Assembly: GCA_964495875.1 (NCBI GenBank)
Contig: CAZBWB010000001.1
Location: forward strand, 315,122-379,121
Origin: Candidatus Woesearchaeota archaeon
GTDB taxonomy: Archaea > Nanobdellota > Nanobdellia > Pacearchaeales > GW2011-AR1
Direction: 5' to 3'
DNA length: 64,000 bases
Shown piece by piece: positions 54,591 to 64,000 of the stretch. The position numbers and the translations under genes are program-made. A model generated the notes under the pieces. The model was not told where the DNA came from. It was given only the letters and a program-made list of their open reading frames with translations, and did not search any database. Every line of letters starts with the position of its first letter. The stretch's first letter is position 1.

Positions 54591-55514
54591 ATGCCAATTA
54601 ACGCCTCTCCCCATTATGAAAGAGCTGAAAGAGAATATTTAGCAGCAGAAACAACAGAGCAAAAGATTCGTGCCTTAAAAAAAATGCTATCCCTTGCCCC
54701 AAAACATAAGGGAGCTGAAAATCTAAACGCACAATTAAAAAGAAGACTTGCAAAATTAAGATATACTAAAGAAAAAGAGATTAAACAAAAAAAAGGAGGG
54801 AAAGTAGGAATAAAAAAGGAAGATATGCAGGCAGTAATTATCGGAGAAACAAACACTGGAAAATCTTCTCTTCTTTCTATGCTGACAAATGCAAAACCAG
54901 ATATTTCTCCAACAAACTTTTCAACAAAACAGCCAGTGGTAGGAATGATGGATTACCAGGGAGTTCAGATACAAATTATTGAAAATCCTGCAATAGAATC
55001 AGAATATTATGACAAAGGTTTAACAAACAGCGCAGATATTTTGCTGATTATTGTTACAGACTTAGAACAGATAGAAAAAATAAATTTTGAAACTAAAACA
55101 AGCAAGGCAAAAAGAATAATTGTTTTTAATTTAAAAAAACCTATGGACAAAAGAAAACTCGAAGCAACATTAAGAAGCAAAAAATATAATTTTGTTATTA
55201 TCAACTTATCTTCAGGGGAGGGAGGATTGGGAGGTAGAGGAAGGACAGATAAATTAAAAGAAAAAATTTTTCAGAGTTTTGACAAAATCAGGATTTACAC
55301 AAAAGAGCCTGGAAAAGATGTTGAAAAAGACAAGCCAATAGTCCTTAATTCCGGAGAAACTGTAAAAGATGCTGCTGAAAAAATTCTGCATGGATTTTCA
55401 GACAAAATCAAAGAAACCAAGATATGGGGCCCGAGTTCAAAATTCCCAGGACAAAAAGTAGGATTAAGCCACGAATTAAAAGATTTAGATGTTGTGGAGT
55501 TTAAGACGAGGTAA
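54591..55514 (+). CDS. DRG/Obg-family GTPase with C-terminal TGS domain
   Basis: N-terminal helical region (ERAEREYLAAETTEQK ... LKRRLAKLR), G1 motif GETNTGKSSLL, and a TGS-like C-terminus (RIYTKEPGK ... VVEFKT). G3/G4 motifs look degenerate. The start is set at the ATG of MPINASPH. Confidence 0.65.
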   Translation: MPINASPHYERAEREYLAAETTEQKIRALKKMLSLAPKHKGAENLNAQLKRRLAKLRYTKEKEIKQKKGGKVGIKKEDMQAVIIGETNTGKSSLLSMLTNAKPDISPTNFSTKQPVVGMMDYQGVQIQIIENPAIESEYYDKGLTNSADILLIIVTDLEQIEKINFETKTSKAKRIIVFNLKKPMDKRKLEATLRSKKYNFVIINLSSGEGGLGGRGRTDKLKEKIFQSFDKIRIYTKEPGKDVEKDKPIVLNSGETVKDAAEKILHGFSDKIKETKIWGPSSKFPGQKVGLSHELKDLDVVEFKTR

Positions 55515-55562
55515 TTTGACAGCGAGAAAAATAGTGACTTTCAAGTTATCTAATAGAGATAA

Positions 55563-56585
55563 TCAAGAATAAGCAGCCCTATAAAGATATTTTAACTTTT
55601 TATCTTTTCTAAATTTTCTTAGTAAAAAATTAATTTCTTTAGCAACAGCATTTTTTAAATCTAAAGGGTGTAATTTTTTCGAAATGAAATCTTTTTCAAT
55701 CTCCTTATAATTAGAATATTCTAAATTTCCCCCATATTTTTCATCTCTCTCGATAACAAATTTCTCTTTATTATCTTCCTTCAAAACCATAATCAAGTAT
55801 TTTAATAATTCCATTATCCCATTTTCAGGATTTCCTGCAATACAATCTGCCTTCTTAATTTTCCTTTTAACTATTTCTTCACTATCTAATAAATCTATTT
55901 TACTACTCTCAACACTTGAACTCATTTGTTTACCAACCAACCCCCTTATCATAGGAGTCATTAATTCAATTCTTTGCTTGTAATTTATTTTTGGAAGAAA
56001 CTCTCTTGCATAAACTAATATTTTTCTTTGATCAAGACCTGCAAATTGTGCATCTACTTTAAGATACTCTTCATCAAGCGCTTGCATTAAGGGATATATT
56101 AATCCTGCTAACTTAGGATTCTCCCTTGCGGTTTTTACGGCTTCTGAAGCAGAATGCTTTGCTTTGGCCATTGTTGTAAAAGTGCTCAACTTTAACAAAT
56201 CATGAAGATAATCTTTATTCAATTGTAACTCACTTCCCTTAACAAATTCTAATTTCTTTGTATCTGTTCCAATTGTTTGTAAAATGAGTTGAATTGCTCT
56301 TTCATAATATTTATATCTTTTTTCTAATAAATCCCATGGAACTCCATCCAATGCAGCATGTAAATCAGCCAATAAAATCTTTACTTTTACTCCTGCTTTT
56401 AAAAAATCTGAAATCTTAAGCATTGGAAAAAAATATGCAAAAGAAACAGCCCCGGTAGGCATGGTCCCCCAATAAAGAGAAAATTCCTTTCCAGATTTTA
56501 ACTTCTTATCTAATTCTTTTTCCCCCACAATTTCCTGTAAATTCCTTTTTACCAAATCTATTTTTTCTTTTGTATTCATAACCAC
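55563..56585 (-). CDS. tyrS: Tyrosyl-tRNA synthetase (archaeal/eukaryote type)
   Basis: LYWGTMPTGAVSFAYFFPMLKISDFLKAGVKVKILLADLHAALD closely parallels the eukaryote/archaeal TyrRS N-terminus. KMSKS-equivalent is GKQMSSS. The HIGH-equivalent reads SFAY. Confidence 0.8.
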   Translation of the reverse strand: MVMNTKEKIDLVKRNLQEIVGEKELDKKLKSGKEFSLYWGTMPTGAVSFAYFFPMLKISDFLKAGVKVKILLADLHAALDGVPWDLLEKRYKYYERAIQLILQTIGTDTKKLEFVKGSELQLNKDYLHDLLKLSTFTTMAKAKHSASEAVKTARENPKLAGLIYPLMQALDEEYLKVDAQFAGLDQRKILVYAREFLPKINYKQRIELMTPMIRGLVGKQMSSSVESSKIDLLDSEEIVKRKIKKADCIAGNPENGIMELLKYLIMVLKEDNKEKFVIERDEKYGGNLEYSNYKEIEKDFISKKLHPLDLKNAVAKEINFLLRKFRKDKKLKYLYRAAYS

Positions 56586-56621
56586 ACAAATAAATATTAA
56601 TTATTAAATGTTTCTTTGTCA

Positions 56622-57809
56622 ATGCTGCTTGAGATTGTTATTGCCTTAGTTATTGGCATTCTGGCAGGCACAGTCACAGGCTTAATCCCGGGAATCCATA
56701 TAAATCTCGTTGGAGTTTTTCTTGTCTCTATATCTGTTTCTTTATTCAGTTCACTGAATTCTGTTTATCTCGTGGTTTTCATTGCATCCATGGCAATTAC
56801 CCACACTTTTCTTGACTTTATCCCTTCAATATTCCTGGGCTGTCCTGATACAGATACAGAACTTTCTATTTTGCCTGGACATGAATTTTTAAAAAAAGGA
56901 AATGGATATCAGGCAATAATCTTAACATGCTACGGAAGCCTAGCCTCTGTCTTTGTCTTAGTCCTTATCTCTTTTCCTTCTGTTTTATTCATTTCAAAAA
57001 TCCCTGATTTCCTGCCTGTATTGATTCCTGGGTTGCTTATAGTTGCTTCGCTTTTTATCATATCCACAGAAAAAAAGAAACTGCCTGCCTTGTTTGTTTT
57101 TCTGCTCACAGGAATTCTAGGTTTGTGTGTTTTAAATTTGCCTTCACTAAACCAGCCTCTACTGCCTTTGCTCACAGGACTTTTCGGAGGTTCAATGCTA
57201 ATAACCAGCATTAAAAACAAAACCAAAATTCCAAAACAAAAAATAATAAAACCAAAAATAAAAATCCTGAAACCTCTGCTCGGAGCAATAATTGCATCTC
57301 CTTTATGCAGTTTTCTTCCAGGACTCGGAAGCGGACAAGCAGCGATTATAGGAAACACGATTTCAAAAACAGACAGAAAAGGCTTTCTTGTTTTGCTGGG
57401 AGCAACAAACACTCTTGTCATGGGATTTTCATTTATCTCGCTTTATGCAATTTCAAAAACCAGAACAGGAGCAGCAGTGGCAATTCAGGAACTGATTAAT
57501 ACTTTTTCGTTAAAATTTTTCATACTCATCCTGATAGTTATATTTATCAGTGGAATAATCTCTTTTTTCTTAACAGCTTATCTCGCAAAGTTTTTCTCCC
57601 AAAAAATAACGAAAATAAAATACACTACTCTTTCAGTAATAACATTAATAATCCTCGGAATAACAATTCTTCTTGTCTCTGGATTTTCGGGATTAATTAT
57701 CCTCATTGCATCAACACTGACGGGAATTTACTGCATATCCTCAAATGTCAGAAGAACAAATATGATGGGATGCCTTCTCATCCCAACAATAATTTTGTAT
57801 TTAGTCTAG
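56622..57809 (+). CDS. TctA/DUF112-like polytopic membrane protein
   Basis: About 10-12 TM segments with GLIPGIH and LPGLGSGQAAI motifs, reminiscent of tripartite tricarboxylate transporter TctA-family proteins. The ATG at 56622 is preferred over the TTG at 56616. Confidence 0.45.
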   Translation: MLLEIVIALVIGILAGTVTGLIPGIHINLVGVFLVSISVSLFSSLNSVYLVVFIASMAITHTFLDFIPSIFLGCPDTDTELSILPGHEFLKKGNGYQAIILTCYGSLASVFVLVLISFPSVLFISKIPDFLPVLIPGLLIVASLFIISTEKKKLPALFVFLLTGILGLCVLNLPSLNQPLLPLLTGLFGGSMLITSIKNKTKIPKQKIIKPKIKILKPLLGAIIASPLCSFLPGLGSGQAAIIGNTISKTDRKGFLVLLGATNTLVMGFSFISLYAISKTRTGAAVAIQELINTFSLKFFILILIVIFISGIISFFLTAYLAKFFSQKITKIKYTTLSVITLIILGITILLVSGFSGLIILIASTLTGIYCISSNVRRTNMMGCLLIPTIILYLV

Positions 57810-57849
57810 AATGGATAATTTTATAAATTAAAAAATTATGTAAAAAATT

Positions 57850-58968
57850 ATGAATTTAGAGGATACAACAACAAAAACGAAGACTAATCTAAAAAGAATA
57901 TTCAGAACAGCATTCTTCATAGCTTCAATGTCTCTCATATCGGGATGTATTACTGGAGGATCTTTCTTCGGGAATAAACCAACAGAATCAAAAATAATTT
58001 CCAGTTCTCTCCCAGAAAAATGTTCAAACATAAAAAATGCAGAATTGATAATTGACAATCTCAGTGTACAACAAGAAACGTCAGAAGGATACGTAAAAAT
58101 AAAAGGGAATGCTATATGTTCTTATGATTTGACTGAATGGGAAAAATGGACAGAAATATGGGAATTTACTGATTATCATGTATATGGTATCATAGCAAAA
58201 AGAGAAGTAGAAAGAGAGGAAGCAGGTCCTATAAAAACAAAGCATATTGAAGATACACCATCGCTTCTTGAGGTTTATATTAATGGGCTTAATTATCCTG
58301 GAAAATTAGCAATGGTAAATGCAGATGGTTCATTTGAAACCGTGATTACCCATCCGAAATTAAAAAAACCAAAATCTTGGAGATATTATAATCTTTGGTA
58401 TAATCAATTGGATGTAAGGGCAAAAGTTAGCAGAGAGGATACAAAAATACCTGAAAAAACCTATCTCTACTCTACTGGAAACTCAGTAAAAATAGGGGAG
58501 GTAAAAGTAAATTATGAACATAAACCAGATAAAGAAGCTATAAGAGAATTTGTTGATTCAGAAATTAATTCAAACATCTTTTTGACAGTTATAAATAGCA
58601 AGGATCAAATCACACATCTCCCCGTGAGTTCAAAAATTGAGATTGAATGTGTTAATTCTCCGGATATTTTTTATGAATTAAAAAGGGAATTTCAAGATGA
58701 GATGCTATATAATATTGCAAAAGAGTATGTCAAAAAATGTTTAACAGAAGGAGAAAAATATGAAATAGAAGGACAAACTATCTCATTTAATACAATACAA
58801 AATGCCCAATATATGATACAAACTTTTAATCCCAATTATCATTATTTTCGGGCTATTTTTACAGCTGACAAATCCTCAAAAGAAAAAACCATACTATTAG
58901 TTGAAAAAGGAGAAAAGGTAAGAATTGATACAACAAAAGAAGGAGAAGGTATGTTAATAAATGAATGA
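57850..58968 (+). CDS. Putative lipoprotein of unknown function
   Basis: Signal peptide with lipobox-like SLISGC. No recognised domain. Confidence 0.5.
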   Translation: MNLEDTTTKTKTNLKRIFRTAFFIASMSLISGCITGGSFFGNKPTESKIISSSLPEKCSNIKNAELIIDNLSVQQETSEGYVKIKGNAICSYDLTEWEKWTEIWEFTDYHVYGIIAKREVEREEAGPIKTKHIEDTPSLLEVYINGLNYPGKLAMVNADGSFETVITHPKLKKPKSWRYYNLWYNQLDVRAKVSREDTKIPEKTYLYSTGNSVKIGEVKVNYEHKPDKEAIREFVDSEINSNIFLTVINSKDQITHLPVSSKIEIECVNSPDIFYELKREFQDEMLYNIAKEYVKKCLTEGEKYEIEGQTISFNTIQNAQYMIQTFNPNYHYFRAIFTADKSSKEKTILLVEKGEKVRIDTTKEGEGMLINE

Positions 58969-58973
58969 ATTTT

Positions 58974-61900
58974 CTAAAACCAACTCTCCAGTTTTTCCTG
59001 TTTCTCAAGTTCCTTCCCGAAAATACTGTCAATGTTATCTTTGATTAACTGCAAATTCTGTTTTATATAAAGAGACAAATTATATTTATTTGCCAAATCC
59101 AGTGCAGGTTCCAGATATTTTTTAATCCCCCCTTCATTAATTGTAAAGATTATTTTTCCTCCGCATCTTGGACAAACACCTTTCAAAGGAGGGCGTCTCA
59201 TAATCTCATTACAAACAACGCATCTAAAACCCTGCATAGAAAATCTTCTCAAATTACCTTTCATATCACGAATAAAATGTCTGTCAATAATTAATTTAGC
59301 AGTGTCAGAAGTATCTGCAGCCCTGATTTTTTCAACCAATTCCATCTGATGCTGAACTTTCTCCTGCATTGTTGCTAAAAGTTTATAAGAAGAGCAAATA
59401 ATCCCGTCATTAAAATTAGAAGTATCATGAGTAAAGCCAAAATTGACAAAAGGATTTTTTCCTTCATTTAAAACTGACCTGACATTATATATATTAACTT
59501 CAGAAGAATGTTTCCCTTGCTCAGCTGCTTGATAAAGTTCCAGAGGATATTCATTTACAAATTCAAAATCCAGAATTTGGTCATCTACTTCTCCGGCATC
59601 AATTTTCCCATTCAACACCAGCGGAGCATCCTGGGTTCCTCCCCGATGATTTGGCAAAAACTCCTTTGAAAAATTAATTAAGACATCTCCCAGCAGCATA
59701 ACTGCCGCTTCATCTCCGTCACAATCTCTTCTTATTGCTGCATGCATATAAGGTGAAGCAAACAGTCCAAGAGTATTTGAAAAACCAATAAATCTGCAAA
59801 TAACTCCTGCACAATTATGCGGAGCCATACAAACTCCAAAATGTCCGATTAAATCATCTCTTTTTCTCACATTATAAAATGGATTCAGTCCATAAAACCT
59901 AACCAAAAGTTCGTCTACAAAATTACACACCTTAATAAAAATATCATCTGCTCTCTCATCAAGAGACTCAAAAGAACTTGGTAAAATAATATCGTGAGGC
60001 ATTAATTCCAATATCTGATCTCCACTCATCAAATCATTTCCATATATATCTTTATCATAGCCTAATTTTTTTAATTTATTTATACTTACTGAAATTTCTT
60101 TTGGTTTAAATGAAACTAACGGCAACTCAGTTGAGTCAAATCTGATAGTTCCATCCTTATTCACCTGCAAATCATAACTTGCTCTCAAAAAACCTTTAGC
60201 AAGATGCTCCATTTGGTGATTTTCTGAAGAGGTTCCTCTAACCCCTTTGATTAAAAGAGGATACTCATTTTCACTCAGCCCTAATTTTTCAGCAGCTTTA
60301 TTAAAATAATGTTTTATATCAATATCTCTGGTGTAAAAAGAAATGCCAATGTTGTGTTGGTGGCATTTTCCAGAATAATTTTGACCACATTCAGGACAAT
60401 AAAAGAATTTTTTGCACTTGCCCCCGCAATCTTCGCAAATTAAATAAATCGTCTCTTTTTTGCATTGTTCGCAATAATAAACCGGAAAAGCACTTCTTAC
60501 TTTTCCTTCTTCATAAGCAGCCTGAATACTTCTCAGCCTTCCGCCTTCTCTTCCAACAGGAAATAAAATATTCGGGCTTCCAACCAATTTTCTGAGTTTC
60601 GCTTTCTCAGGTCTTCCCATTCTTGCACCGATAAACTCACCTGCTTTATCTTTGATTTTAAACTTTGAAACAGAATTAATAATCTCCAAAACATTCTTGT
60701 CTAAATTATATTTTTTTTCATCAATAATATCCTTAAGCAAACCTCCTTTATTCAAAAACCTCAAATCAATTCCCAAATTAGAAAACAGTGCTTTGGCATT
60801 TTCTTCATTAATGATTACATTTTCCACTGTAACAGAATGCTCGATTCCCAAAAGTTCCAGCGCTCTCTTTCCTGATTCAAACTTTTCCTGAATTTCTTTG
60901 TAATATGGAAAGATAATTTTCTTATCTGCTACGACAGATTCATTAAGCCATTTGATTAAACCTAAAAATTCATCTTTTGAAATTTGTGTCCAGTAAAAAA
61001 TAAATATTGGATGCAGCGGAACTTCATATTTCTTGCTAAATTCAACAGCTTCATCAAATGAAATCTTAAAAGGATTTACTTTAATTCCTTTTTCTTTAAG
61101 CTCTAGCCCCCACCACTCTTCAACATAACCTGGCTTTAGCAAATTGAAATTCCTGTTTACCAAATCACTAAAAGGAAACAAAATATCTCCAAGATAAATT
61201 ATTTCTTCAACATCCGGATAGATTTTCTTAGCCTCTTTTTTTGTTTTCAATTTTTTAACACTTCCATTAAAAAGTTTTACTATCGGTCCGTCGATAGAAT
61301 CACAAACAGTAACAGCGCACCCTTTTGTGGGTTTTTCTATTTTAAGCTGAGTTCCTATTGCTATAAAACCATCTGTAATAGCCATTGTCGCGGGATGCAA
61401 TGATGCGGCACTAAACCCAGAAACTCTTCCCCTGCCATACCTAAACCTGAATCCACCTGATTTTGAAGGATGTCCGAATACAGGTCTGCCGGCAACCAGG
61501 TCCTTGATATATGTCGGAGAATCATCTGTCTTTCCCTCGTCCCTCTTTTCGTGCAATTTAATATAGTCTTCTAAAAAATCAAAACCAGTTGATTGGATTC
61601 CATCTGCCTTAGATTTATTCAGCAATCTCAATCCCTTTGCCGCCTTTTGCGCAAGTCCTTCTGAAAAGACAAGACATGCCCCTCCCCTAATAAAATTAGT
61701 TTCAATTCTGGGCAAATTTTTATAATTAGAAACCTCTAATTTTTCTGTTGGGTCTCCGGAAACCTGAACCGGCATGTTCCTCGCCAAAAAATCCAATTCC
61801 TGCTCTGTTCCAATATACTGTAAGTTAGTAATCCTCTCATGATAATCATAACATTCAGTAACAATTCTCTTAATCTCTTCCTCTGTAGGGTCATATTTCG

Positions 61901-62423
61901 CATAACCAAAAGTTTCCCTAAGATAATCTGCAAGCATTAAAACAACACATGATGCAGTTGTTCCTGCACTCCGAATCGGTCCTGAAAAATAAACAATAAA
62001 ATAATCTTTCCCGTCCCTTGTCTTCCCTAACTTCAGTTCAGTAAATCCTTCAATCGGAGAAGAAACAACCCCTAAAGTTGCATATGCAAAACCAATTCTT
62101 ATTCCTGCCCCAATTGCTTCAAGTAAACTCGCGAATTTGCAAAATTTCTGTCTTGCAACTTCCTCAGCAATCTTAAACACAACCGTTGAATCCAGCTTCC
62201 CATATTCTTTCTCTAATTCCAAAATTCTCTTATCAATCCCGCATCCGCTCATCTGCGGATAAATCGTGGCAATCAATTCAGCACACTTCTCTGCCATTGT
62301 CTTCGCCAGCGGAATCTCAACTTTATTGACAGGATCCAGTCCCTTGGCTCTTGCCTCATTTGCCACAGAATAAACTTTCTTAATTCCTCTCTCAAGATTT
62401 TTGAAATATAATTGTGTGTTCAT
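58974..62423 (-). CDS. polC: DNA polymerase II (PolD) large subunit DP2
   Basis: 1149 aa with the DP2-typical N-terminus (YFKNLERGIKKVY ... AKGLDP), several CxxC zinc modules (CEQCKKETIYLICEDCG, CPECGQ, CVVCNEIM ... CPRCGG) and a catalytic-region motif MAPHNCAGVICRFIGF. No intein. Confidence 0.9.
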   Translation of the reverse strand: MNTQLYFKNLERGIKKVYSVANEARAKGLDPVNKVEIPLAKTMAEKCAELIATIYPQMSGCGIDKRILELEKEYGKLDSTVVFKIAEEVARQKFCKFASLLEAIGAGIRIGFAYATLGVVSSPIEGFTELKLGKTRDGKDYFIVYFSGPIRSAGTTASCVVLMLADYLRETFGYAKYDPTEEEIKRIVTECYDYHERITNLQYIGTEQELDFLARNMPVQVSGDPTEKLEVSNYKNLPRIETNFIRGGACLVFSEGLAQKAAKGLRLLNKSKADGIQSTGFDFLEDYIKLHEKRDEGKTDDSPTYIKDLVAGRPVFGHPSKSGGFRFRYGRGRVSGFSAASLHPATMAITDGFIAIGTQLKIEKPTKGCAVTVCDSIDGPIVKLFNGSVKKLKTKKEAKKIYPDVEEIIYLGDILFPFSDLVNRNFNLLKPGYVEEWWGLELKEKGIKVNPFKISFDEAVEFSKKYEVPLHPIFIFYWTQISKDEFLGLIKWLNESVVADKKIIFPYYKEIQEKFESGKRALELLGIEHSVTVENVIINEENAKALFSNLGIDLRFLNKGGLLKDIIDEKKYNLDKNVLEIINSVSKFKIKDKAGEFIGARMGRPEKAKLRKLVGSPNILFPVGREGGRLRSIQAAYEEGKVRSAFPVYYCEQCKKETIYLICEDCGGKCKKFFYCPECGQNYSGKCHQHNIGISFYTRDIDIKHYFNKAAEKLGLSENEYPLLIKGVRGTSSENHQMEHLAKGFLRASYDLQVNKDGTIRFDSTELPLVSFKPKEISVSINKLKKLGYDKDIYGNDLMSGDQILELMPHDIILPSSFESLDERADDIFIKVCNFVDELLVRFYGLNPFYNVRKRDDLIGHFGVCMAPHNCAGVICRFIGFSNTLGLFASPYMHAAIRRDCDGDEAAVMLLGDVLINFSKEFLPNHRGGTQDAPLVLNGKIDAGEVDDQILDFEFVNEYPLELYQAAEQGKHSSEVNIYNVRSVLNEGKNPFVNFGFTHDTSNFNDGIICSSYKLLATMQEKVQHQMELVEKIRAADTSDTAKLIIDRHFIRDMKGNLRRFSMQGFRCVVCNEIMRRPPLKGVCPRCGGKIIFTINEGGIKKYLEPALDLANKYNLSLYIKQNLQLIKDNIDSIFGKELEKQEKLESWF

Positions 62424-62987
62424 TTAATTTAATAAAAGCATGACTGCTTCGTATTTTGGTTTGATTATATTTCTGGATTCTTCCAAGCACAGTTGATTCC
62501 ATTTTCTCTGAAGTTTTTCTCTTACAGAAATTTTTGCTTCTCCCTGAGTTAGTCCCTCATAAACAAATGCTGCCTTAAAAAGACCAGGAATATTATCAAA
62601 AGAACTGATGGCATCAGCATCAGAAATAATCTGCTCTTCTAAACTAACTCTGTGATTATTTACAGAACCCCTGTGATTCAATATGCAATATTTCACTTTT
62701 CTTATCTTCTCTTCAGGATATCCTAACTCTCTCAATTTCTCCTGGGCAATTTGAGCTCCGGTTATATGGTGGTTTTCTCTTCCATATACTACAGAACCAA
62801 TATCATGCAACAGTGCACTTAAATGAACAATTTCAATATCTGCATTATATCTCTTTGCCAAAATAACAGCACGATCTCCTACAGGTATAAAATGATATTT
62901 ATAAGGTTCGCAACCATACTTAGCACTAGGTTTCTTGGATTCCTCTTCTACAAATTTCCTAATCTCTTCAACAATATCGACTTTCAT
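62424..62987 (-). CDS. HD-domain phosphohydrolase
   Basis: H ... HD signature LSALLHDIGS, plus a downstream ILNHRG. It is wedged between DP1 and DP2 with a 4-nt overlap upstream and zero spacing downstream. Confidence 0.7.
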   Translation of the reverse strand: MKVDIVEEIRKFVEEESKKPSAKYGCEPYKYHFIPVGDRAVILAKRYNADIEIVHLSALLHDIGSVVYGRENHHITGAQIAQEKLRELGYPEEKIRKVKYCILNHRGSVNNHRVSLEEQIISDADAISSFDNIPGLFKAAFVYEGLTQGEAKISVREKLQRKWNQLCLEESRNIIKPKYEAVMLLLN

Positions 62988-64000
62988 TCAAAATCCAAAA
63001 TTTTTACTTGTCTTGTTTTTAGATTAAACATGGGAATCTTGCAAAAATCAGGTTCATTGCCCATTTTCTCCTGATATTCTGTTTTAGCCTCCCAAGAAGA
63101 TATTGAAATCATTAAAATATTATTATAATAAGAAATGGCACTTTTGTGTGTGTGTCCTGAAACAAAAATATCTGGAATTTTTTTTATTATAAGATAGTCT
63201 TTCTCGTGGGGGAAATACTGGACAGAGGCATGTGTCGGAGCCAGATGCCTGTTTTTTAACAAATAAGCCATAATTTTATCAGGAGAATTAAGAGCATCAT
63301 TAGTGATTAAACTTGGAATTGTGTTTGCATAAAAAGAAAAAGAAAAACCATGATAAGTCAAGACATTAAAACCACCAAAGTTTTCCATTGCTCCGATATT
63401 AACACAAGAAGGATTTTTAGTTAAAATAACATTATCCAAATCATATAAAGCCCAGGCATATTTTTCTTCCAGCAAAGGTTGTGGCTCCATCAGTCTAACG
63501 CCGTCATGATTTCCAGGAGAAATAATTATTTTTATATCTTTTCTGATTTTTTTTAGAAGCTCGGCAAATCCCATGAATTGTTCTTCAATATCCTTAATTT
63601 CCAAATCTCTTTCCTGGGTCGGATAATTCCCGACGCCTGCAATCAAATCACCAACTATAAACAAATATTTTACTTTCAGTGATTCAGGAGTATTTGGAAA
63701 TTTTCCGTTTAAATAATCGATAAGTTTCAAAAAATTCTTTTTCAAAAAAAGTTTGCTTCCAAAATGAATATCCCCGATAAACAAAGCATATTCTTCAACA
63801 GGTGATTTTTTTCTTTCTGATAAATAAGAATCAGGAAAAATAATATCATTTACAAAAAATATTTCCTCATTTCCTGAACCCACGAATCCCAAAACAGAAT
63901 CCAGAGTTATTTCCATCCCCTCTTTGTAAAGTTCTGGTTTATTTTGATTTACCAAAACCTTGATTTTCCCGGTCAGGTCTTCAACCTCAAGTAAAATATT
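62984..64000 (-). CDS. polB: DNA polymerase II (PolD) small subunit DP1 (5' end outside the window)
   Basis: Calcineurin/Mre11-like phosphoesterase motifs FIGDIHFGS, FIVGDLIAGVG, ISPGNHD and SGHTH. The frame stays open from the listed TTG at 63955 to the window edge (NILLEVEDLTGKIKVLVNQ, an OB-fold region), so the gene is truncated by the window. Confidence 0.85.
   Translation of the reverse strand, partial: NILLEVEDLTGKIKVLVNQNKPELYKEGMEITLDSVLGFVGSGNEEIFFVNDIIFPDSYLSERKKSPVEEYALFIGDIHFGSKLFLKKNFLKLIDYLNGKFPNTPESLKVKYLFIVGDLIAGVGNYPTQERDLEIKDIEEQFMGFAELLKKIRKDIKIIISPGNHDGVRLMEPQPLLEEKYAWALYDLDNVILTKNPSCVNIGAMENFGGFNVLTYHGFSFSFYANTIPSLITNDALNSPDKIMAYLLKNRHLAPTHASVQYFPHEKDYLIIKKIPDIFVSGHTHKSAISYYNNILMISISSWEAKTEYQEKMGNEPDFCKIPMFNLKTRQVKILDFE

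Noticed and set aside
55563-56585. TyrRS considered a pseudo-enzyme because the HIGH motif is not canonical (SFAY).
   Set aside because: Eukaryote/archaeal-type TyrRS already has a relaxed HIGH (an HVAY-like motif, as I recall for the human enzyme). The rest of the protein, including the ADLHA and KMSSS regions, is intact and full length. A single His-to-Ser change is not enough to call it inactive.

Overview
The window is visibly AT-rich and tightly packed, and its gene content is archaeal: PolD DP1/DP2, RadA, RPA, aIF2-alpha, aEF-1beta, uS15, a RecJ/GAN-like DHH protein, an EndoQ-like PHP nuclease, Hef helicase and ERCC4 nuclease, and an archaeal/eukaryote-type TyrRS. The small, overlapping genes, many cysteine-rich secreted proteins and giant surface proteins suggest a small-genome, DPANN-like archaeon. 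That assignment is inference only.

There are three main blocks:
- **1-11.9 kb:** housekeeping genes, including an EndoQ-like gene interrupted by a LAGLIDADG intein.
- **11.9-34.2 kb:** a ~22 kb, almost entirely minus-strand locus. It combines type IV pilus-like machinery (A24 prepilin peptidase, GspE/FlaI-type ATPase, FlaJ/TadC-like platform, at least 10 pilin-like ORFs including two unlisted micro-ORFs) with secreted hydrolases (a pilin-anchored murein-type amidase, a C25 gingipain-like peptidase, an S8 subtilase) and a tail-fibre-like repeat protein. This is my main candidate for an undescribed contact/lysis apparatus.
- **34-64 kb:** mixed housekeeping genes plus a 9.5 kb gene for a 3169-aa surface protein, a MazEF-like toxin-antitoxin pair, an ArmA/Rmt-like rRNA methyltransferase and the PolD operon.

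All calls come from reading motifs in the supplied translations and DNA. No database search was run. No rRNA genes or CRISPR arrays were seen. The only RNA gene evidence is a partial tRNA at the left edge and one candidate structured RNA or leader at 34.7 kb.
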